Origin: an uncultured Chlamydiae bacterium
GTDB taxonomy: Bacteria; Chlamydiota; Chlamydiia; Chlamydiales; Parachlamydiaceae
NCBI GenBank assembly: GCA_963830365.1
Contig: CAWHMU010000008.1
Coordinates: 1-34,081, forward strand
Direction of reading: 5' to 3'
Length of the DNA stretch: 34,081 nt
How positions within the stretch are numbered: the first letter of the stretch is position 1; every line of letters starts with the position of its first letter. The position numbers and the translations under genes were made by a program. A model generated the notes under the pieces. The model was not told the DNA's origin. It worked only from the letters and a program-made list of their open reading frames with translations, and ran no database searches. Shown here piece by piece: positions 21,568 through 30,624 of the stretch.

Positions 21568-24500
21568 ATGTCGCCACTAAAATCTTCTATATCGTCTTCG
21601 GCTGCGAAAAATGAATATATCCATCAACAACTCAATACCTTAGCTAAAAATCCTGTGGGCAGTCGCTGGATGGTCAAGGGCGAGGGACAGTTAGTCACCA
21701 TCGGCCGCTTGCGCGCCCTATTCGAAACGCTCAAAGGATGGCTTGGCTTCGGCAATCGCGCCAGCGCCGCCGCCGTGGAAAACGCAGTCATCCAGCTACT
21801 GGCAAATGGAGAGGCGCAAAGCGTTTTTAAAAGCGAAGATTTACAGAAAATTGAAGCCGCCGCCAAGCATGCCGGACTCATTAAAGGCGATGTCCATAGT
21901 GAAAGAAGCCATGCCAAATTAAAGGCCCTAATAGACAATATCGCCGCCAAGATTCTGATGGCAGTGAAGCAAAAAACCGCTGCCGACCAACCAGCTACCC
22001 CAAAACTCTCCCCAAAACCTGCCCTGACGCCTGCTAAGCCGCTATCTCCGCTGCCTGTCGTTTTCACGCAGATCGTCAACCATCCATCTGTCGATAAGGC
22101 GCGCGAAACGCCCCACCAGGAACAGCAAGAGGGACAAGAACTGGCCCAGGAAAATCAATCAGAATCTTCTAGTTCAGAGTCTTCTAGCTCAGAGTCTTCT
22201 AGCCAAGAGGGTTCACCCAAAAATGCCTCCAAAGAATCAACTCAGGATGGTGCCAAAGATGCTGCCAAACAGCCAGCGTCCCGGTTACCTCCTGCGCTAA
22301 CCGATAAGCCTGTAGAAATATCCAACGCCCTAAACCTCGTCATTCCCGAATCGCAGACCACTAAACAATCCCCGTTGGTCGATATATCACGGCAGCCCAC
22401 CCAGGTAAAATCGACGCCCACAAAACCTGCGGCTGCGCCAACGCCTGAAATTGAAAAAGCTAAGCCTGCGCCACTCAAAAAAAGCACCAAAGCTGAGAGA
22501 AGCAAGACGATCGTCGGCCTCGCCCTGGGAGCTTTGCTCGTTTCCGCCGGCGCCTTTGCCGCCTACCGCACCTTCGCCGAAGTTCCTAACGTCATACCAT
22601 CGACAGCCTCGGATACAACCCGCGCCCTGGATATGTACGCGCGCGCTCATTCCTGGCTCCAGCCTTTGCAATTTTCGGCCATGCCTTTCATGGCCGCAGG
22701 GCTGCTTGATAGGGTGCTTGACAGTGCGGTGAACAGCACGTCCTTTGGCAATATGCTGCATGGCACGCTGCCGGCTCCTAAGTTGGATTTTTCCTATATA
22801 AATGCTACCAATGTAGTTGAAAATCCAAATGGCATTTGTGAAGTTGAAGATCTAAATATTGCCGGCGCTAGCGTTGAAGCCAAAAATGCTACCGATAGCG
22901 CTGAAGAAGACTCTAAGGTTCTTAACGTTACCAATAACACAGCAGAAGTCCCTAATGACCTAAACGGTGCCGAAAGCACAGCAGAAGTCCTCTCGCATAC
23001 TAATCCTAACGTTGATATTACCGATGGCGTTATCGCCGATGTCGCTGAGGAAAACCAGCCACAGCCTAATGTATCAGGCCAATTGCCGCCCTCCCACTCT
23101 GACACTGTCAACGACTCACCCACCGACCATCAGCCGGATGCGCCACCCGCCTCTGCCGGCTATGCTGCCGAAGATGTCCTTAAGTGGGGAAGTCTTGCAA
23201 CGCTTGCCACTGCCGGTGCTGGCGCTTTCGTTTATGCTGCCAAAGAGCGTGCGAAAAAACCTGCCGCTAAAGATGCACTACCACCGTCCAATTTTAATGC
23301 AAATCCATTAGTTGCAGCAGGGCAGTCGGCAGGATCCCCACAAATTGGATCGAACCGGGTTGCATCTGACGAAAGGAAGGGTGATACTGTGCCTCCACCA
23401 GCATATTTAGGAGCATTCCCTGCATTTGGATTGGGGAATAGCCGCGGCGGGGCTGCTGACAAAAGGAATGGGGGGTCATCATTCTATTCAGTATATGCGG
23501 CTGCCGGAGCAGGTGTAGGTGGCGCTGGCGTAAAGAAATTCGAAAATATGTCTGCGCCAATGCCATCTTTATCACGACCATTAGCGGCAGGCGCCTCTTC
23601 TGTAGAAATTTTAGTGTCAGCTACACCATCGCCATATCCAGATGCTGCTAGGGCAGCGCAAATAGAAGCTGCGAGGAGATTGTTTGACAGCACGTTAAAT
23701 GCTGACACAAGACAACCAACTCCTGCTACAGCACGAGCAAAAGCTGTTAACGGACAGAAAGCATGCGGCCGTATAAAAGCAGCAACAAAATCATCAGTTC
23801 CTGAGGCAGCCGCAGGTGCAGGGGCTCATGTTGAGGAAGTTGAAGCGAAAGACGGAGAGACACAATCTTTTCCGGCACGTACGCAAAAACCAAAAAAAAA
23901 CCGATCCCAAAGGCAGGAAAACACATCAGCTTCAGTACTTTTAAGCACTCGACGAAAGGAAACACCTGAACAGAAGGCTCAAGAGGTAGAAGAATTAAAA
24001 AAACGGCTAGCATGTGATAACGAGGCCAAGCGGGAAGCTCAAGAACAAGCAGCAAAAGTCCAGGAAGTGCTGAATGCAGCAAATGCAGTAGAAGCCGCGG
24101 CAAGGCAGGCTGAAAAAGCTGCGAAAAGACAGGCCGCAGATCAACTAAGGCAGCAAACAGAGCAAGCCGAGCAAGCAAAACAGCAAGAAGCTCAAGCAAT
24201 GCAGCAAGCACAGCTAGCAAAGCAGCAGGCAGACCAACAACAAGCCATAGCCGCAGCCGCAGTAGCATTGCACACACTGGCTCAAGCTGGCGCTGGCACA
24301 ACCAGTACTAGTGAAGTGTCAGGCGGCCAAGTTGAGACTTCAGCTGCAGCCACTGGCATGGGTGCAATGGAGACCTCAACGCTTTCACACTCTCAGGAGG
24401 CATTTGCGACTACACCTTCTTCGTCTAATGTAAATTCAGCGGGTACTGGATTGTCAGCAGAGGGTGACAGAGATAACGCCAGGAATAACGCCGAGGATAA

Positions 24501-26790
24501 TATTAGGGCCAATACTTCTGTATTTACTTCATCCCTAGCGTCGACATCGCTTGAAGCTGCTGGTGATGCAGAACGTGAGGAATTCTTGGTTCCTCCTCTG
24601 CCAATGCCTAACAGCAGTCCGGCTGAAGGGGATATATCAGCTTGCCGTTCTATCCTGCAGACGCCGATGAGTACTGGAGCTGCTTCAGGTGGCAACAGTC
24701 TAAATAGTAGCTGGCTGCATGTCGATTCATTCGATCTTGAGAGCAATGCGCCTACACCAGACCGTTCTAAATCAGCCGCCGCTAAGGCACCTTCGCACGC
24801 AAATCCGGCCGCTGCGGCCACCCTGTGGTCGCCATCAATGAGTAGCGCCTCATACTCATCATCATCATCATCTTCTTCTTCTTCTTCTTCTTCTTCTTCT
24901 TCTTCTTCTTCTTCTTCTTCTTCTTCTTCTTTTTCTTCTTTTTCAGCGGCGGCTGCAGCGGCCGCAGCCGCTGGACTCATGACGACCCCACTGCGGACCT
25001 GTGCTACCGTGGTAGTTGGTCATGCTGAGACTGCAGTAGAAGGCAAGAATGAAAATGTGGATAAGGAGCAAGCCGAACATGATCAGGCATTTCCATGGCA
25101 TGCCGCTCACACTCCAGTAGGCCCCTCCTTCACCCCTCCGATGGAGTTAGCTGGTGGAGATAACGGTAAAGAAAAATCTAAATGTGGCAGCTATCAAGAA
25201 ATTAGAAGGGGAGCGTGCAAACAGGTATGGGTGATGTTAAATGGAGACCCTTCGTATGTATATTACACTCCTCTTAAGATTTCTAATGAAGCAGAGCTTA
25301 AAGAAGAGGTCGCTAAAGCCAAGGAAATCAGAGTTAACTTGCTGCGCAGTGGTCTTAATGCTCTGGTATGTCGATTTGCAAAATCTCCAAGTGTGGCTGC
25401 AGACGAAAGTAAAGCCAAGGAAGCCGAAGTTGGCTTCATGCGTAGTGGTCTTAATGCTTTGGTAAGTCGATTTGCAAAATCTCCAAGTGTGGCTGCTGAC
25501 GAAAGTAAAGCCGGTGACGACCGGGAGGGAATCGCTAAAAGGATTGATGGTTTAAACCTGAAATTCTCAAATGCTGACGATCTCATTGAAGCCATAAGGG
25601 GTATGGATACGCAAATACTTCTAACGACACTAGAAATTCCTGCGGATCAAATGAAGCAATTTCTAAATGCAGTCGTTGCTTTGAAAACCCTGGGGGCAAA
25701 TTTAGCCATTGATATTGAAGAAATGGTCGGCGACAATCGCATCGACGGTAAATATACAGTAAGAACCGTTAAGGCCCGGCATGATTTCGAAGATGAATTC
25801 TTAACAGGAGGGAATAGCTTCAAAGAAATGGCCGCACTTTGCCTAAACCTCCTTAGGGGCATGCGCGACATGCATGCCGCCGGCTTTGTGCATGGCGATC
25901 TTAAACCCGATAATTTGCTCATCTATGTCGATGCAGCCGGTAAAAAATCTTTAAAAATCGCTGATTTTGGTAAAGCGTGCCCTCTCATAGGAGATGATAA
26001 AGCAAAACATTTAGGGAATACACGCTATGCCGCGGTTGAAGGTAAATTGAGCCAAAAAGGTGAGGTTTACAGTGCTGCTTTGTTAATCATCCGCTTGCTG
26101 GAGCAGGAGTTTCTTACGAAAGAGAGACCAATGCTCTTAGTTCCTAAAGATGAGGCTATGATTTCTAAAGCAACATGGCTTCCTCCTACGGAAAAACGGC
26201 GCGGCATCGAGTTGCATTGTTGTCTAAGCTCTCACGCTACCCAGTTCGAAGCCAATTCAAAAGCAGGAAAGGCAACAAGGGTTGTGCAGTACATACAGAG
26301 TTCAACACCCGTTCTTTACCAACTTTCTAAGTATAAGAAGCATAGTGTTGAGGCACTAAATGCACAAACAGCAGTTCACAAATATATTGATGCTTTATGC
26401 GAGGAACTCGTCAAAAGAAATTCAAAAAATAAAGACAAACTTATATATTTAAAGCAACTTTTAGAGAATATGACTGACAAAGATCGTAAGCATCGCCCCA
26501 CCATGGCCTATGTGGTTGATAGTTTCGAGGCTTTACTAAAGTTGTTAGATAATCAAGGCACATCTGCGAGTACTGCGGATGCCGAAGAAAAATCAGGCAG
26601 AGAGAGGTTTGCGATCCATTCGCCTATCCCTGGATTAGGCATTGGAGCGGTCACATTACGTGCGGATAGTCCTGTTGACTACTCAGGTGATGTCGTAAGG
26701 GTTGTTCTGCAGCCAAATGGTAGCGGAGGGGTCGTCTTACAATTAACAGACCTGTCAGCATCAGCGGCAGCTGGCACGGGACTTGACTAA
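21568..26790 (+). CDS. Putative membrane-anchored effector, paralogue 3, with coiled coil, poly-Ser and C-terminal Hanks-type protein kinase
   Basis: Shared N-terminal domain; TM ~22507-22566 and ~23179-23241; Gln/Ala/Glu/Lys helical region ~23959-24270; kinase motifs RRGACKQV, HGDLKPDN, IADFG, GNTRYAAVE. Confidence 0.85.
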   Translation: MSPLKSSISSSAAKNEYIHQQLNTLAKNPVGSRWMVKGEGQLVTIGRLRALFETLKGWLGFGNRASAAAVENAVIQLLANGEAQSVFKSEDLQKIEAAAKHAGLIKGDVHSERSHAKLKALIDNIAAKILMAVKQKTAADQPATPKLSPKPALTPAKPLSPLPVVFTQIVNHPSVDKARETPHQEQQEGQELAQENQSESSSSESSSSESSSQEGSPKNASKESTQDGAKDAAKQPASRLPPALTDKPVEISNALNLVIPESQTTKQSPLVDISRQPTQVKSTPTKPAAAPTPEIEKAKPAPLKKSTKAERSKTIVGLALGALLVSAGAFAAYRTFAEVPNVIPSTASDTTRALDMYARAHSWLQPLQFSAMPFMAAGLLDRVLDSAVNSTSFGNMLHGTLPAPKLDFSYINATNVVENPNGICEVEDLNIAGASVEAKNATDSAEEDSKVLNVTNNTAEVPNDLNGAESTAEVLSHTNPNVDITDGVIADVAEENQPQPNVSGQLPPSHSDTVNDSPTDHQPDAPPASAGYAAEDVLKWGSLATLATAGAGAFVYAAKERAKKPAAKDALPPSNFNANPLVAAGQSAGSPQIGSNRVASDERKGDTVPPPAYLGAFPAFGLGNSRGGAADKRNGGSSFYSVYAAAGAGVGGAGVKKFENMSAPMPSLSRPLAAGASSVEILVSATPSPYPDAARAAQIEAARRLFDSTLNADTRQPTPATARAKAVNGQKACGRIKAATKSSVPEAAAGAGAHVEEVEAKDGETQSFPARTQKPKKNRSQRQENTSASVLLSTRRKETPEQKAQEVEELKKRLACDNEAKREAQEQAAKVQEVLNAANAVEAAARQAEKAAKRQAADQLRQQTEQAEQAKQQEAQAMQQAQLAKQQADQQQAIAAAAVALHTLAQAGAGTTSTSEVSGGQVETSAAATGMGAMETSTLSHSQEAFATTPSSSNVNSAGTGLSAEGDRDNARNNAEDNIRANTSVFTSSLASTSLEAAGDAEREEFLVPPLPMPNSSPAEGDISACRSILQTPMSTGAASGGNSLNSSWLHVDSFDLESNAPTPDRSKSAAAKAPSHANPAAAATLWSPSMSSASYSSSSSSSSSSSSSSSSSSSSSSSSSFSSFSAAAAAAAAAGLMTTPLRTCATVVVGHAETAVEGKNENVDKEQAEHDQAFPWHAAHTPVGPSFTPPMELAGGDNGKEKSKCGSYQEIRRGACKQVWVMLNGDPSYVYYTPLKISNEAELKEEVAKAKEIRVNLLRSGLNALVCRFAKSPSVAADESKAKEAEVGFMRSGLNALVSRFAKSPSVAADESKAGDDREGIAKRIDGLNLKFSNADDLIEAIRGMDTQILLTTLEIPADQMKQFLNAVVALKTLGANLAIDIEEMVGDNRIDGKYTVRTVKARHDFEDEFLTGGNSFKEMAALCLNLLRGMRDMHAAGFVHGDLKPDNLLIYVDAAGKKSLKIADFGKACPLIGDDKAKHLGNTRYAAVEGKLSQKGEVYSAALLIIRLLEQEFLTKERPMLLVPKDEAMISKATWLPPTEKRRGIELHCCLSSHATQFEANSKAGKATRVVQYIQSSTPVLYQLSKYKKHSVEALNAQTAVHKYIDALCEELVKRNSKNKDKLIYLKQLLENMTDKDRKHRPTMAYVVDSFEALLKLLDNQGTSASTADAEEKSGRERFAIHSPIPGLGIGAVTLRADSPVDYSGDVVRVVLQPNGSGGVVLQLTDLSASAAAGTGLD
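22159..22203 (+). repeat. 3 x 15-bp in-frame repeat (SESSS)
   Basis: tcagaatcttctagt tcagagtcttctagc tcagagtcttctagc. Confidence 0.9.
24856..24930 (+). repeat. (TCA)5(TCT)20 trinucleotide tract encoding 25 serines
   Basis: Read directly; in frame with ORF 21568. Confidence 0.95.
25318..25512 (+). repeat. 96-bp (32-aa) in-frame tandem duplication inside the kinase N-lobe
   Basis: RSGLNALV(C/S)RFAKSPSVAADESKA starts at 25345 and again at 25441. Confidence 0.92.
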
Positions 26791-26927
26791 AGGCTAAGAT
26801 AAAGTAGACTTGTCGGATCAAAGCTGTGCAGCACAGCAATAGGCAGTCTATCTCTTTGTAGCCCGTTAGCTGAGGCTTGCGAGCGGTAGCGAAGACAGTC
26901 GCAGCTACGGGCCAGTAAGTAGCATGT

Positions 26928-27003
26928 TTAACCCCACAGGGGTTCTTCTCTTTCAATCCATTTAGGCGTAAGCATTTAAAGAGAAGATCCCCGATGGGGA
27001 TAA
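26928..27003. repeat. Imperfect inverted repeat with 26-bp arms downstream of the kinase gene
   Basis: ttaaccccacaggggttcttctcttt ... aaagagaagatccccgatggggataa; another hairpin at ~26860-26912. Confidence 0.6.
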
Positions 27004-27126
27004 TTGCAAAAGTAACAATATTATACCAAGCGCGGTTAGGTCGTGATCTGCTATGCCTTGATAACCTCTTCGGTTAAGGCGATGGCTTTGATTTTATCTA
27101 TTTCAACATCCAGGCACGGGAGCTTA

Positions 27127-27325
27127 AGTTAGCCGTGAATGCGGCTGAAGCATGTAGACACAGGTGTAAACCTGTGGCAAATTCATCAGAAACATCAAGC
27201 CGTGGTTACGGAGACAGCGACTCCGAGCGTGCTGTCGCCGTAGCCACGGCTTGATATCTTGGACTATAATTACCACAGGCTTATGTCATGTGGCTACATG
27301 GCCGCCGCCATACTCACGGCTAACT
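27127..27325. repeat. REPIN-like nested palindromic element (~200 bp)
   Basis: agttagccgtga/tcacggctaact ends; catgtagacacagg / tgtggctacatg; core atcaagccgtggttacggagacagc / gctgtcgccgtagccacggcttgat. Confidence 0.85.
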
Positions 27326-27502
27326 CCGGACCCAGACTGTTTTAGGAGTAAGAAATAAAATGCATAGCCATTTGAACCATGCATGCTTTCATGTCCTGAT
27401 CATGCTATTATCCTGGTGTTTTTTCTTAAGAGTTACCTAAAATCATTTCTTTTTGAACATGCCAAGAATTGACATAAGATCCCGTACTACAAAAAAAGGA
27501 CA

Positions 27503-27739
27503 ATGACCATGGACACACAGCTGGCAGAGATGCAACAGAAAATCGACCACTTAACGCAGGCTAATGCCGAATTGGCGGCCTGGAAGCAGGAATACAGCTC
27601 CCATAAGCAGAGCCTGCTGCGCCTTAGCACGCGTTTGCGCAAGCTCTGCAAGAAGCTGACGCCGTCATCAGAGATGGTGGTAGAGATGCAGCAGCTGGCA
27701 GCCGAGATCAGGGAGCTTGCCAAAGCCGCTACCAAATAG
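27503..27739 (+). CDS. Small coiled-coil hypothetical protein
   Basis: AAGGA just upstream of the ATG; 78 aa, heptad-like helical composition; codons mostly end in G/C like the housekeeping genes. Confidence 0.65.
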   Translation: MTMDTQLAEMQQKIDHLTQANAELAAWKQEYSSHKQSLLRLSTRLRKLCKKLTPSSEMVVEMQQLAAEIRELAKAATK

Positions 27740-27783
27740 CGCGAATTTTGGATAAGGCGTCGGTTTATACAGGATTAAGGATC

Positions 27784-27890
27784 TTAAATTAGCCGTGAGA
27801 ACGGGGGCAGTAGGTAGCCACAGGTGTAAACCTGTGAAAAATCCATCAGAACCATCAAGCCGTGGCTACGGCGACAGCGTCTTCAAGCGT
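27784..27890. repeat. Half copy (left arm) of the 27127 element
   Basis: ttagccgtga...gtagccacaggtgtaaacctgtg...catcagaa...catcaagccgtggctacggcgacagcg. Confidence 0.85.
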
Positions 27891-27895
27891 ATTTT

Positions 27896-28993
27896 CTATG
27901 TGGGGAAATGGGTCTTATAGATATGCACCTTGGCCTGTTCAGCTGGCGTGTCGTGCTCCCAGAAGATGCCGCCATCGTCCATGGTATGGATGGGACCGAA
28001 TTCTGTGATTAAGAAAAAGAGCCCGTCCGGCGAAAAGGCCAGGCCATGCGGAAAGCAAAGCTCGGCCTCTGGGTTTTCAAGCACATAACACGGCATGCTT
28101 TGCGTAAGGCGGTTGCTGGCCTTATCAAAGGGGTAGAAACTCACCGTATGCTTATCGCTATTTGACAGGGCGCAATAATCGCCATTTGGAGATAGCTTCA
28201 CGTCTTCCGGACGGGAAATGCCGGTCTCATCGCCTTGAATTACCTGTAGGGGAGTTTTAAGGATTTTTCCGTCGGTTTTGGAAATGCCAAAGATCAGCAG
28301 GCTATTTTCATCGGCAAAAGTTACCAGCAGGCAGGTGCCGTCGTGGGAAAAAGCCACCCCTTTGGGGATGCCGGGCAGCTCCTCATTGCCTTGCAGTAGA
28401 TGAAAGAGCTGGCAGCCGATGCCATCGGCTGCCACGCGGAATAAGGCAAGGGCCCTTCCATAGCAGCTTGAGGCGCCATAGGCAATGGCCAAAAACTTAC
28501 CACAAGGGGAAAAAGCGCTGGCATGCGGACGATGAGGGGTAAGCCTTTCAGGGCAGGGAATGATGGCGGCCGGCATTGGCCCAAAGAGGCCGTGATCATC
28601 GGCCTGATAGATGGCAATCGTCTGGTTGCTCCAATTCGCCACGGAAATTTTCTTGCCGTCGGGGGAAAAGGCGGCATGTGCGGGGTGGCATAAATTTGCC
28701 TGTGGATTGGAAAGGCTTTGCACCATCGCCGGCAGCCCTTTGTCATCGATACGGTAGAGGGCTACCTGGTTGGCATGGGTACAGGCCACGCAACAAAGGT
28801 TTTCGTGCGGATGGAAAGCGACGCTGTTGAGGAGTGTGTAGGCCGGAAAGGGGTTGATAATGGTCGCGACAGGTTGTGGGTCGATCAGAGCATGATCGAT
28901 CAAAAGATCGCTGGCAGAGAGGTGCATGGCGTAGTTAAGCTGCAGCCACCAAAGCAGGCTCAGGCAAAGCAGTCTGTGGCAGCGGCAAGTCAT
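27896..28993 (-). CDS. Exported beta-propeller protein (lactonase/YVTN/WD-like repeats)
   Basis: Signal-like N-terminus; repeated P-x-x-x-AFSP(D/C)G blades (AFHPHE, AFSPDG, AFSPCG, AFSHDG, LSPNG, AFSPDG). Confidence 0.75.
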   Translation of the reverse strand: MTCRCHRLLCLSLLWWLQLNYAMHLSASDLLIDHALIDPQPVATIINPFPAYTLLNSVAFHPHENLCCVACTHANQVALYRIDDKGLPAMVQSLSNPQANLCHPAHAAFSPDGKKISVANWSNQTIAIYQADDHGLFGPMPAAIIPCPERLTPHRPHASAFSPCGKFLAIAYGASSCYGRALALFRVAADGIGCQLFHLLQGNEELPGIPKGVAFSHDGTCLLVTFADENSLLIFGISKTDGKILKTPLQVIQGDETGISRPEDVKLSPNGDYCALSNSDKHTVSFYPFDKASNRLTQSMPCYVLENPEAELCFPHGLAFSPDGLFFLITEFGPIHTMDDGGIFWEHDTPAEQAKVHIYKTHFPT

Positions 28994-29010
28994 GGGGGCT
29001 CGGTATTATA

Positions 29011-29220
29011 TTACGCTTTTTTCAAAAAGCATGTCTTTAGCACAAGCGTCGATTTGCCTTCGCGGCATTCCACTTCTTCTGCATCGTCGGTGAGGCGGAT
29101 GTTTTTAAATGTTTTGCCCCTTTTCAATGTCAGCGAAGAGCCCTTGACCTTCAAGTCTTTAATCACCTGCACGGCATCGCCATCTTTGAGGACGGTTCCA
29201 TGACTGTCTTTTGTATCCAT
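29011..29220 (-). CDS. Stand-alone PhnA/YjdM C-terminal domain protein
   Basis: KDSHGTVLKDGDAVQVIKDLKVKG...KNIRL...LKTCFLKKA; no N-terminal zinc ribbon. Confidence 0.85.
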   Translation of the reverse strand: MDTKDSHGTVLKDGDAVQVIKDLKVKGSSLTLKRGKTFKNIRLTDDAEEVECREGKSTLVLKTCFLKKA

Positions 29221-29251
29221 AAGCACCAAGTATGTTGTAGATTCGGGTAAT

Positions 29252-29284
29252 CATGCAGCCCCTCCATCAGGAAGGGGCTGCATG
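29252..29284. terminator. GC-rich hairpin just after the stop of the outer-membrane protein gene
   Basis: catgcagcccct-9 nt-aggggctgcatg; no convincing U tract. Confidence 0.45.
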
Positions 29285-29297
29285 CATCTTATCATTT

Positions 29298-30500
29298 TTA
29301 GAAGCGGTAGACAAGGCCTGCATTAAAACCTTGCACCCAGAAGCTTGAGGTCTTCGCCAAAGGCTTCGGACTGGCTTCGCCAACCAGCGCAGGCGTTGAC
29401 GTGTAATCGATAGCCGCAGACTGCGAGGGGTTTATATTGCGGTCAATCTGCTTGCTGGCGCGGAGCAGTTTGTTTACATAGATAAATGTGTAACCCACCT
29501 GTACTTTCAGGCAGTCCGTTATCGGATAGCCAACATTGATATTGGCTTCGGGAATGACAGAAAACTCGGTGTGTTTATGATGTCCGATGTTCGAAGGCAG
29601 TGCAAAATAGCCGCCCACGAAAGTCTGAGGAGCACCAAAGGCGTTGAAGTCATTGGTCACCAGTTTGCCTGAGACGTTGGACTCTTCACACATGGCTCCC
29701 AAGGCAACCTTTGCTTTGACATTGACATAGAATTCGCAGCTGGAGTATTCCAAGCCGGCGCCAAGCTGGCCGCCGTAGAAGTTGTTGTTCACGCTGAATT
29801 TATCATAGGTCTTCCACACATCAGTAGGCACGGCAACATAGGGACTGCTGGTTGTAAGTTTGAGGTGTTCGTCGAAGTTGAAGTAGCGAAAGCCCGCCAG
29901 CCAGCCGAAATTCAAATTGCAGCCGAAAGGGTTGACAGCTACAAAATTCAACTCCGCCCCTTGCAGGTTGTTGACAAGCTTCAGCTTGGCGATGCCGGAA
30001 AAACTGCCCGGGAAGGCCACGCCGGCAGAGTCTTCGCTGGCAGTGGTCACATTAAAAAAGGGTGTTGCCAACAGTGCCGATCCTGTCGAACCGTCAGCAC
30101 TGACCTCATGGGTTTTCGACTCGTTAGGCAGAAACAGGTAATTTGCCTCTAAACCGTAATTACAGCATTCATTGAACCAGTAGCCGAGGGAGATCTTACC
30201 GCCGGAACGCCAGTTGCTGTCAATGCTCTTGCCGCCCAGCACGACAGCTGTGTCGGGAGCATTCAAGACAAATGGACTGGTAGTGATGGGGCCGGCAATC
30301 AACAGTGGCACGGGGGCAGGGGAGTCTTGGGTTTGCCAGTATAGATATTCGCCATCCACAAAGAATTGATCACAACAGGGGTCTGATTCGCAGGGATTGC
30401 AGCAGGATTGACCCAGCCAGCCGAGAGCCTGCACTTGCGTGCACAGCAAGGCGCTGGCGCAGACTGCTTTAAAACAAAATTTCGAGAGATTTCTAATCAT
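29298..30500 (-). CDS. Outer-membrane beta-barrel protein, BBP7-like, with Cys-rich N-terminal segment
   Basis: Signal peptide from ATG 30500; EYLYW, G-x-K-x-x-LGYW, AGFRY, NNFYGGQLG, VGYTFIY, QIDRNINP; ends in Phe. Confidence 0.75.
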   Translation of the reverse strand: MIRNLSKFCFKAVCASALLCTQVQALGWLGQSCCNPCESDPCCDQFFVDGEYLYWQTQDSPAPVPLLIAGPITTSPFVLNAPDTAVVLGGKSIDSNWRSGGKISLGYWFNECCNYGLEANYLFLPNESKTHEVSADGSTGSALLATPFFNVTTASEDSAGVAFPGSFSGIAKLKLVNNLQGAELNFVAVNPFGCNLNFGWLAGFRYFNFDEHLKLTTSSPYVAVPTDVWKTYDKFSVNNNFYGGQLGAGLEYSSCEFYVNVKAKVALGAMCEESNVSGKLVTNDFNAFGAPQTFVGGYFALPSNIGHHKHTEFSVIPEANINVGYPITDCLKVQVGYTFIYVNKLLRASKQIDRNINPSQSAAIDYTSTPALVGEASPKPLAKTSSFWVQGFNAGLVYRF

Positions 30501-30624
30501 AAATGCCTTCTTGGTTAAAAAACACAAACACCTTGTTATTGGAATCCGTGAATTTTGTCCAGCCATTTAACTGATAGGATTGACGAATGATAAATAAAAT
30601 GTTGAAAGCAAAGATTACATTGCT

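Noticed and set aside
24393..24980. Poly-Glu ORF on the minus strand
   Set aside because: Antisense shadow of the poly-Ser tract.
27896..28993. Calling the propeller a second 6-phosphogluconolactonase
   Set aside because: Only the fold is evident, it appears exported, and a DevB-type pgl already sits in the zwf operon.
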